From positions 42,677 through 106,676 of the forward strand of contig CAZWQY010000004.1 of the NCBI GenBank assembly GCA_964636295.1: a stretch of 64,000 nt of DNA, written 5' to 3'. The notes beneath the pieces were generated by a model. That model saw only the letters and a list, made by a program, of their open reading frames with translations. It was not told the origin of the DNA and made no database searches. The stretch is from an uncultured Lentisphaeraceae bacterium. GTDB lineage: Bacteria; Verrucomicrobiota; Kiritimatiellia; RFP12; UBA1067. Position 1 is the stretch's first letter. Each line of letters opens with the position of its first letter. Position numbers and translations under genes: made by a program. This document shows, piece by piece, positions 20,972-27,863 of the stretch.

Positions 20972-20998
20972 TTCTGAAGGGGGTCGGGAGGTTCTTTT

Positions 20999-21178
20999 AA
21001 ACCACGAATTGACACAGATTGGCACGGATTAGAATGACCCCCCAAAATGCATGGGACGGAGTTGAAACGCATGAGAGAGAAAAAGAATTCCGCACTGAAT
21101 TCTCATTTCGTGATGGACAACGACCAAAACCCAGCGCAAAGAATTCTGACAAATCCGTGTTAATCCGTGAAATCCGTT
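20999..21178. mobile_element. MITE-like element of the CACGAAT/ATTCGTG family (copy E1)
   Basis: Left arm CCACGAATTGACACAGATTGGCACGGATT, right arm AATCCGTGTTAATCCGTGAAATCCGTT in inverted orientation, ~115 bp non-coding core. Confidence 0.6.
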
Positions 21179-21270
21179 GCAGCCACGCCAATCGTGAAAA
21201 AGGCCGCGCCCAACCGCACGCCCTTCGCGCCGCCGAATCCAACCGCAGTACCGACATTCAACTTGACCAT
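21160..21270 (-). CDS. 36-codon ORF with its own promoter and RBS, terminating inside MITE E1 (truncated gene or small hydrophobic peptide)
   Basis: TATAAT at 21322..21327, GGAGG 5 nt before ATG 21270; MVKLNVGTAVGFGGAKGVRLGAAFFTIGVAATDFTD*. Confidence 0.35.
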   Translation of the reverse strand: MVKLNVGTAVGFGGAKGVRLGAAFFTIGVAATDFTD

Positions 21271-21403
21271 TGCAACCTCCAAAACGGTGTTACCCGAAAC
21301 ATTTTTTAGATTTTGGCGGCTATTATATGCTTTTTTTTTTCTCTCATTCTGCCACCATGTCTCTCTCGAATCCCATCTTGAGGGCGGCCTTGCCGACAGC
21401 CGC

Positions 21404-21433
21404 TTGACGGGGACGCGCGCATTGTGATACACT
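21404..21433 (+). promoter_or_regulatory. Sigma70-type promoter TTGACG-N18-(TG)ATACACT for the aroF-pheA leader
   Basis: Read directly; predicted TSS ~21440, 7 nt before the leader ATG. Confidence 0.55.
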
Positions 21434-21446
21434 ACGCGCCGTTTCT

Positions 21447-21521
21447 ATGAATCAGCGTTATTACTTTTTCGCTTACGTGAACTTCGCGTTTATTCCGCGC
21501 GGGGCGCTCTTGTCGTACTGA
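21447..21521 (+). CDS. Tyr/Phe-rich leader peptide (24 codons) of an aromatic amino acid attenuator
   Basis: ATG AAT CAG CGT TAT TAC TTT TTC GCT TAC GTG AAC TTC GCG TTT ATT CCG CGC GGG GCG CTC TTG TCG TAC TGA = MNQRYYFFAYVNFAFIPRGALLSY; 8 of 24 residues aromatic. Confidence 0.6.
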   Translation: MNQRYYFFAYVNFAFIPRGALLSY

Positions 21522-21550
21522 TGAAAGGCAGTTAGCTGATTCGGCAACAA

Positions 21551-21582
21551 GGCGGCCCCGCAGAAAAGCGGGGCCGTTTTTG
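21551..21582 (+). terminator. Intrinsic terminator (attenuator) upstream of aroF
   Basis: CGGCCCCGC-AGAAAA-GCGGGGCCG followed by TTTTTG. Confidence 0.8.
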
Positions 21583-21592
21583 ATTCTCAAAA

Positions 21593-21642
21593 CCAAACCT
21601 CCAAACCCCCAAACCTCCAAACCCCTAAACCCCCAAACCTCC
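21593..21642. repeat. CCAAACCT-family 8-nt tandem array (about 6 units) abutting the aroF ATG
   Basis: CCAAACCT CCAAACCC CCAAACCT CCAAACCC CTAAACCC CCAAACCT CC, then ATG at 21644. Confidence 0.9.
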
Positions 21643-21643
21643 C

Positions 21644-22666
21644 ATGATCATCCTTCTCAAGAAAAACGCGGATTCGGGCCAGGTCGAGAACCTGAAGAGC
21701 CTGCTCCGCTCGCGCGGCGTCGAGCCGCATGAATCCGTCGGCTCGCTGCAGACCGTCATCGGCTGCGTCGGCGATGTCGCGCACATCGACCCCGGCATTC
21801 TCGAAGCCCTGGACGTCGTCGAGCAAGTCCAGCGCGTGCAGGAGCCGTACAAGGCCGCGAACCGCAAGTTCCATCCCGAAGACTCGGCGATCGACTGCGG
21901 CGGCGTGACGATCGGCGGCGGCGGATTCGGCGTCATCGCGGGCCCCTGCAGCGTCGAGTCGGAGGAGCAGGTCGTCGGCATCGCGAAGGCCGTGAAGGCG
22001 GCGGGCGCGACGCTTCTCCGGGGCGGCGCGTTCAAGCCGCGCACGTCGCCCTACGCCTTCCAGGGCCTCGGCAAGGTCGGGCTGGACATGCTTTCGACGG
22101 CGAAGAAGGAGACGGGGCTTCCGATCGTCACGGAACTCATGGACTTCCGCGACATCGAGCTCTTCAACGACGTGGACGTCATCCAGATCGGCGCGCGCAA
22201 TATGCAGAACTTCAACCTCCTCAAGGAAGTCGGCGCCTACACGAAGAAGCCGATCCTGCTCAAGCGCGGCATGAGCGCGACGCTGCAGGAACTCCTGATG
22301 AGCGCCGAATACGTCATGGCCTCCGGCAACCCGAACGTCATTCTCTGCGAACGCGGCATCCGCACGTTCGAGACGGCCCTGCGCAACACGCTCGACCTCG
22401 GCGTCGTGACGATGCTCCGGCGGCTCTCGCACCTGCCGATCGTCATCGATCCGTCGCACGCGACGGGCCATGCCTACATGGTCGATTCGGTCGCCGTCGC
22501 CGCGACGGCCATCGGCGCGGACGGGCTTATCATCGAAGTGCACAACGACCCGCCGCACGCGAAGTGCGACGGCGCGCAGAGCCAGACGCCCGACATGTTC
22601 GCGCGCACGATGGAGAAGGTGCGCGACGTGCGCGCGCTCGTCACGAAGTGGAACGAAAGGACGTAA
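21644..22666 (+). CDS. aroF: 3-deoxy-7-phosphoheptulonate (DAHP) synthase, class I-beta with N-terminal regulatory domain
   Basis: 340 aa; ...GGGGFGVIAGPCSVESEEQVVGIAKAVKAAGATLLRGGAFKPRTSPYAFQGLG... Confidence 0.9.
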   Translation: MIILLKKNADSGQVENLKSLLRSRGVEPHESVGSLQTVIGCVGDVAHIDPGILEALDVVEQVQRVQEPYKAANRKFHPEDSAIDCGGVTIGGGGFGVIAGPCSVESEEQVVGIAKAVKAAGATLLRGGAFKPRTSPYAFQGLGKVGLDMLSTAKKETGLPIVTELMDFRDIELFNDVDVIQIGARNMQNFNLLKEVGAYTKKPILLKRGMSATLQELLMSAEYVMASGNPNVILCERGIRTFETALRNTLDLGVVTMLRRLSHLPIVIDPSHATGHAYMVDSVAVAATAIGADGLIIEVHNDPPHAKCDGAQSQTPDMFARTMEKVRDVRALVTKWNERT

Positions 22667-22669
22667 GCC

Positions 22670-23839
22670 ATGGCCACCTCCCTGAACGACCTGAAGACGA
22701 AAGACCTGGGGCAGTGCCGCCAGGAGATCGACGCCATCGACGACGAGATCACGCGCCTCATGGAGGCGCGGCTCGCCGTCTCCGAGCGCGTCGCCGAGCT
22801 GAAGCGCGCGGCCGGCAGTCCGGTGACGGATCCGGCGCGCGAGCGGGCCATCCTCACGCGCGTGACGGATCAGGTGCCGCCGGAACACATGATCGGCGTC
22901 CGTCAGCTCTTCACGACGCTCTTCGGCCTCTCGAAGGCCCTCCAGCGCCGGCGGATCGGCGCGGGCGGCGCGCTTCTGGACGAGTTGGCGCGGGCCGCGA
23001 CGTCCGAACGCTTCCCGCAGAAGGCCGTCGTCGCGTGCGCGGGCGTCGAGGGCTCGTACGCGCAGCAAGCGACGTCGCTCCTCTTCCCGATTCCGACGAT
23101 TCTCTACTTCAAGGGATTCGAGAAGGTGTTCGAGGCCGTCGAAAAGGGGCTGTGCCCCTACGGCGTGCTGCCGGTCGAGAACTCGGCGGCCGGCTCCGTC
23201 GCGGCGGTCTACGACCTCATGCGCCAGCACCGCTTCCACATCGTGCGCGCGCTGCGGCTCAAAGTTGACCATGTCCTTCTGGCGCCGAAGGGCGTGACGC
23301 TGGCGGACGTCCGCACGATCGCGAGCCATCCCCACGCGCTCGCGCAGTGCGCGCGCTTCCTCAAGGCGCACCCGGAGATCCACGCGGAGCCAGGGCCCAA
23401 CACGGCCGTCGCGGCGAAGGATCTCGCGGTCCGCGGCGCGACCGACCGGGCGGTCATCGCCTCGCGGGCTTGCGCAGAGCTCTACGGGCTGGACATCATC
23501 GCCGAGGACATCTGCGACGCGGCCTACAACTACACGCGATTCATCTGCATCGCAAAAGACCTCGAAGTGCGGGCGGACGCGAACAAGATCAGCCTCATGC
23601 TGAGTCTGCCGCATCGCCCCGGCGCGCTGAACGGCATCATCGCCAAGTTCGCCGCAATCGACGTGAACCTCACGAAGCTCGAATCCCGTCCCGTTCCGGG
23701 ACGCGACTTCGAGTTCAGCTTCGTCTTCGACTTCGAGGCGAACGCGAGCGACGAGCCGGTGCGCGCGCTTCTTGCCGAACTTTCGTCCGACCCGGAGATC
23801 GAACACTTCACCTTCCTCGGCGCGTTCGGGGAGAAATGA
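22670..23839 (+). CDS. pheA: Bifunctional chorismate mutase / prephenate dehydratase
   Basis: 389 aa; N-terminal CM helix (LGQCRQEIDAIDDEITRLMEARLAVSERVAELK), PDT domain, C-terminal ACT domain. Confidence 0.9.
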   Translation: MATSLNDLKTKDLGQCRQEIDAIDDEITRLMEARLAVSERVAELKRAAGSPVTDPARERAILTRVTDQVPPEHMIGVRQLFTTLFGLSKALQRRRIGAGGALLDELARAATSERFPQKAVVACAGVEGSYAQQATSLLFPIPTILYFKGFEKVFEAVEKGLCPYGVLPVENSAAGSVAAVYDLMRQHRFHIVRALRLKVDHVLLAPKGVTLADVRTIASHPHALAQCARFLKAHPEIHAEPGPNTAVAAKDLAVRGATDRAVIASRACAELYGLDIIAEDICDAAYNYTRFICIAKDLEVRADANKISLMLSLPHRPGALNGIIAKFAAIDVNLTKLESRPVPGRDFEFSFVFDFEANASDEPVRALLAELSSDPEIEHFTFLGAFGEK

Positions 23840-23873
23840 GCGCGGCGAGGGGTCTCTTCATCGTGCGGCGATA

Positions 23874-23882
23874 TGCTATAAT
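23874..23882 (+). promoter_or_regulatory. Extended -10 box TGCTATAAT, 6 nt before ATG 23889
   Basis: gatatGCTATAATacgcgcATGATG. Confidence 0.5.
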
Positions 23883-23926
23883 ACGCGCATGATGAAGAGA
23901 CTTCTCAGACGGGGGGCGCATCGGGC

Positions 23927-24508
23927 ATGATCGCGCTTCTTGCCAGCATCCTGATTGCGACGAACGCAACGCCGCAGGAGCTTGTCGCGCAGTGCCGCGC
24001 GATGATTCCGGCGAACGCCGAGTTCACGGGGCGAATCGTCCTCCGAAATCGGCGGGGGGTCGTCAAGGCCGAGCATGGCTATGTCCTCACGCGCACGGCC
24101 GGGCGGACGGCGCTCGTCCTCGACGGCCAGCCCTACGCGCAACCGACGGATTCGGCGCGCGCGGCCGACGGCATTCGCGGCACGGACGTGACGTGGAGCG
24201 ACCTCGCGCTCGACTACCTGAACTGGCGCGACGTCTCCTTTGACGCGGAACGCGAGGGCGAGACCGTCCACGGGCAAGTCTGCGCCGTCGTCGTCCTGCG
24301 CAACGGCGCGCGGACGGTGCGGGCGTGGATCGACCGCAAGACGGGCGCGCTTCTGCAGGCCGAGGAGTTCGCGGGCGAGCGGCGCATCCGCCGCCTGTGG
24401 GGCGCGCGCCTCAAGAAGTTCGGCGAACGCTGGATGGCCAATGTCCTGGAGGTCGAGACCGAAGGGTCCGGCCATCGTACAAAAATCATCGTGGAGACAC
24501 TCAAATGA
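23927..24508 (+). CDS. LolA-like outer-membrane lipoprotein-sorting family protein (true start may be 23889 via a G-run frame change)
   Basis: 193 aa; TDVTWSDLALDYLNW motif typical of the family; see the G6-tract finding. Confidence 0.55.
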   Translation: MIALLASILIATNATPQELVAQCRAMIPANAEFTGRIVLRNRRGVVKAEHGYVLTRTAGRTALVLDGQPYAQPTDSARAADGIRGTDVTWSDLALDYLNWRDVSFDAEREGETVHGQVCAVVVLRNGARTVRAWIDRKTGALLQAEEFAGERRIRRLWGARLKKFGERWMANVLEVETEGSGHRTKIIVETLK

Positions 24509-25383
24509 AAAAACTGCTCAAAATCATCCTATGGTCGGTCGTGATTCTCGCGGCCCTTGCCCTTCTGCTCGTTGCGACGCTGCCGCTCTGGCTCGGCCCG
24601 GTCGCCCGCCCGATCGCCAATTGTCTGGGGCCTCGGATCACGCAGACGGACTTCCACCTCGGTGACCTGTCGCTGAATCCCTACACGGGGCGGCTGTCCG
24701 TCGGCGACCTGCGGGTCGGCAATCCGGCGGGATACTCCGAGCCGACCGCGCTGAGCCTCGGCAGCCTCGTCGTCGTGCTGGACGGCGCGAGCCTCGTGGG
24801 GGACTGCCTCCACGTCCGGGAAATCACGCTGAAGGACTGCTTCGTCTCCTATCTCTATGGCGGCGAGAACAGCATCGACAACCTGACGCAGCTCAAAATG
24901 AACGTCGCGGGCGGCGAAGACGAGTCGGAGGCCGCTGAACCGGCGACCGAGACGGAGGAAACCGTCCCGGCGAAGGCCGAGGAGAAGGAACTCAAGGTCG
25001 TCGTCGATCGCCTGTCGGTTTCGGGCGTGCGCGTGAAACTTCAGGTGCTGACGATTCCCGTGCCGCCGATCACGCTGACGGATCTCGGCAAGAAGTCCAA
25101 CGGCCTCACGCTCGCCGAACTGACGACGCAAGTCTGGGAGGCGATTCTGAAAGGCGCGACCAAGGCCGGCGACGGCGCGGCGGCGCTCGGCGGACTGATC
25201 AACACGGCGACCGGCCAGCTCGGCACCGCGCTTCAGGAAGCCGGCGGCACGACGGGCAATTCGCTGAAGTCCGCGTCGGATTCGCTTCAGTCGGCCGCCG
25301 ACGCGGCCGGCGAGAGCGTGAAGAAGGTCGGCGAAGACATGAAGCGGACGGCGGACGCCGTCAAGAAGCTCTTCGGCCGGTGA
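24504..25383 (+). CDS. Membrane-anchored AsmA/DUF748-like protein
   Basis: MKKLLKIILWSVVILAALALLLVATLPLWLG...; ATGA overlap with the upstream stop; start moved from 24325. Confidence 0.5.
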
Positions 25384-26681
25384 AACGGCATCTGATTGGC
25401 ATTGGCGGCGTCGGCATGAGCGCGCTCGCGACGACGCTCCTGAAACTGGGCGACACCGTCACGGGCGCGGATCGGACGCGGGACACGCCTAACGTTCGCT
25501 TTCTTGAGTCGCTGGGCGTCGCGGTCTTTCCGGACGACGGCAGCGGCATTGACGCAACGACGGACGAGGTCATCGTCTCGACGGCCATCGAGGAGACGAA
25601 CGCGGGTCTGCAGGCGGCGCATGCGCGCGGCATCCCCGTCACGCACCGGGCGAAGGCTCTCGCACGCGCGTTGCAAGGTCACAGGCTCGTCGCCGTCGTC
25701 GGGACATGCGGCAAATCGACGGTAACGGCCATGCTGGGGCATATCCTGTCCGAATGCGGGCTGGATCCGCTCTGCGTGAACGGCGCGAACGTGCCGGGGT
25801 GGGACGGCGCCGTCCGATTCGGACAGGGCGCGTATGCCGTCGCGGAAGTGGACGAAAGCGACAAGTCGCTCGTCGCGTTCAGCCCCTATGCCGCCATTGT
25901 CACCAACGCCTCGGCCGACCACTACTCCAAGGAGGAGATGGACGCGGTCTTCGATGCCTTCATCGCGGACTGCCAAGGACCCGTCATCGACGGCAGAGGC
26001 CCGTTGGACACCTGGACATTTGGGCTGTTGGAGGTTCCCGTGCCGGGACAGCACAACCGGCAAAACGCCGAACTGGCCGTGCGCATGGCCGTCGCGCTCG
26101 GCGTGGCCCCCGAAGCGGCCGTCGCCGCGATGAAGACGTTCAAGGGCGTCGAGCGTCGCCTCCAGCGCATCCTCCCATCAAACGTCCAAACCTCCAAACT
26201 CCCAAACCTCCAAACGTCCAAACCTCCAAACTCCCAAACTCCTAAACCGTCCCCTGCCGTCTACGACGACTACGCCCACAATCCGGAAAAGATTAAGGCC
26301 ATGTGGACGACGCTCGCGGCGGAGTATCCGCAGGGCCTCTGCGTGATCTGGCGGCCGCATGGATATGCCCCGCTTCGCAAGATGTGCGCCGCGCTGGCGA
26401 CAATGTTCGCCGAGACGATCCGTCCGCAGGACAGGTTGCTGCTTCTGCCCGTCTACGACGCGGGCGGCACGACCGACCGCTCGATCAATTCGGATGCCTT
26501 GGCCAAGGCGATTGCCGACGCAGACGCCGCCGTCGGCGCGCGCGTGTCAGTTGTCGCCGATCTGGACGCGGCGCAGGACTGGTGTGCCGCGCATCCGACG
26601 GCATTCGGCTGTTTCGTGACATGCGGCGCACGCGACCCAGGGCTGCCCGTGCTGGCCCAACGGCTCGCGCAGATGGGCTAA
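25380..26681 (+). CDS. murC: UDP-N-acetylmuramate--L-alanine ligase family protein (MurC/Mpl)
   Basis: 433 aa; IGIGGVGMSALA, VVGTCGKSTVTAM, DDYAHNPEKI; GTGA overlap with the upstream gene. Confidence 0.8.
   Translation: MKRHLIGIGGVGMSALATTLLKLGDTVTGADRTRDTPNVRFLESLGVAVFPDDGSGIDATTDEVIVSTAIEETNAGLQAAHARGIPVTHRAKALARALQGHRLVAVVGTCGKSTVTAMLGHILSECGLDPLCVNGANVPGWDGAVRFGQGAYAVAEVDESDKSLVAFSPYAAIVTNASADHYSKEEMDAVFDAFIADCQGPVIDGRGPLDTWTFGLLEVPVPGQHNRQNAELAVRMAVALGVAPEAAVAAMKTFKGVERRLQRILPSNVQTSKLPNLQTSKPPNSQTPKPSPAVYDDYAHNPEKIKAMWTTLAAEYPQGLCVIWRPHGYAPLRKMCAALATMFAETIRPQDRLLLLPVYDAGGTTDRSINSDALAKAIADADAAVGARVSVVADLDAAQDWCAAHPTAFGCFVTCGARDPGLPVLAQRLAQMG
26178..26249. repeat. CCAAACCT-family tandem array, 9 x 8 nt = 72 nt, in frame inside the murC-like gene
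   Basis: TCAAACGT CCAAACCT CCAAACTC CCAAACCT CCAAACGT CCAAACCT CCAAACTC CCAAACTC CTAAACCG, translated SNVQTSKLPNLQTSKPPNSQTPKP. Confidence 0.9.
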
Positions 26682-26687
26682 GGCGAC

Positions 26688-27863
26688 ATGACGGTCATTC
26701 ATCTCGTTCCGGCGATGGAGCAAGGCGGCGTCGAGACCGTCGTCTGCGACTTGAATCGCGCGCTTGTCCGAGCCGGATGGCGATCGGTCGTCATCTCGAA
26801 AGGCGGGCGGCTCGTGGCGCAGGTGCGCGGCGACGGCGGCGAACACCTCGCGCTTGACCTCAAGTCGAAGAATCCGCTGACGGTACTCGTTCGCGCGTGG
26901 CGCCTGCGAAAGGAGTTGCGTGCGTTGGCGACACGCGGCGAGCCGCTTCTCGTCTGCGCACATTCGCGCGTTCCGGCCTGGCTGTTCATTCTCGCCCGCC
27001 GTCTGGATGCGTTCATTCGCCCATCCGTCCATTCGCGCGCTCGGCCTCCTGCCCATTCGATCATTCGATCATTCGACCATTCGATTATTTCTTCTCTCCC
27101 CTTCATCACATACGCACACGGGGCGAATTCCGTCTCGCGCTATTCGGCGGTGATGACAAAAGGCGACCGCGTCATCACGCCCTCGCGATTCCTCGCGGAC
27201 TATCTGACGCGGAACTATCCGACTGCAGACAACCTCCGCGCACGCCTCCGCGTCATTCATCCAGCCGTTGACTTCGCGCGTTTTGACCCGGCGGCTCTCG
27301 ATGCGCATGTCGTGGCGCAACTGCGGCACGACTGGGGACTCAAGCCGGACGACCGCGTCGTCATGGCCGTCGGACGCATCACGCCGCTCAAGGGCTTCGA
27401 CCATCTGATTCGCGATCTCGCGGGGAAATTGGACGTTACGCCCGACGCGGCGTGGGGCGACGCCCTGCGCGCGCCGCAGACGAAGCTTGTCCTCGTGGGC
27501 GGGGCCGATCGGGACAAGACGGGTCTTCTCGCCGCGCTCAAGGCCCTCGCCGCCTCGCTCGGCGTGGCAGACCGCGTCATTTTCGCGGGAGCGCAGACGC
27601 ACATTCCCGAATGTCTCTCTCTGGCCGATCTCGTCGTTTCGGGGAACGTGACGAAGCCCGAATCGTTTGGGCTTTCGGTCGCCGAAGCGTTGGCAATGAA
27701 CCGTCCCATCCGCCTCCTGCGACGCTTCGGCGGCGCGGCGGAGATTCTCGACGCGGTCGCGGCAACGCAACAGCCGACGCGGCGCGAAGCCGTTCGCGCG
27801 CTCTGCGATTTTGATATAATGTCTCGAAAGACAGTGGCCGTTTACGAGGAGCTTGTCAGGTGA
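26688..27863 (+). CDS. Glycosyltransferase family 4
   Basis: 391 aa; MTVIHLVPAMEQGGVETVVCDLNRAL..., C-terminal E-x7-E type region (ESFGLSVAEALAMNRP). Confidence 0.85.
   Translation: MTVIHLVPAMEQGGVETVVCDLNRALVRAGWRSVVISKGGRLVAQVRGDGGEHLALDLKSKNPLTVLVRAWRLRKELRALATRGEPLLVCAHSRVPAWLFILARRLDAFIRPSVHSRARPPAHSIIRSFDHSIISSLPFITYAHGANSVSRYSAVMTKGDRVITPSRFLADYLTRNYPTADNLRARLRVIHPAVDFARFDPAALDAHVVAQLRHDWGLKPDDRVVMAVGRITPLKGFDHLIRDLAGKLDVTPDAAWGDALRAPQTKLVLVGGADRDKTGLLAALKALAASLGVADRVIFAGAQTHIPECLSLADLVVSGNVTKPESFGLSVAEALAMNRPIRLLRRFGGAAEILDAVAATQQPTRREAVRALCDFDIMSRKTVAVYEELVR
27013..27092. repeat. CCATTCGA-family 8-nt array (about 10 units) inside the GT4 coding sequence
   Basis: TCATTCGC CCATCCGT CCATTCGC GCGCTCGG CCTCCTGC CCATTCGA TCATTCGA TCATTCGA CCATTCGA TTATTTCT. 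Confidence 0.85.

Noticed and set aside
21593-21642. The short-period tandem arrays (also 26178..26249, 27013..27092, 39288..39346) as CRISPR arrays
   Set aside because: The period is 8 nt with no unique spacers, and no cas genes are in the window. These are microsatellite-like arrays.
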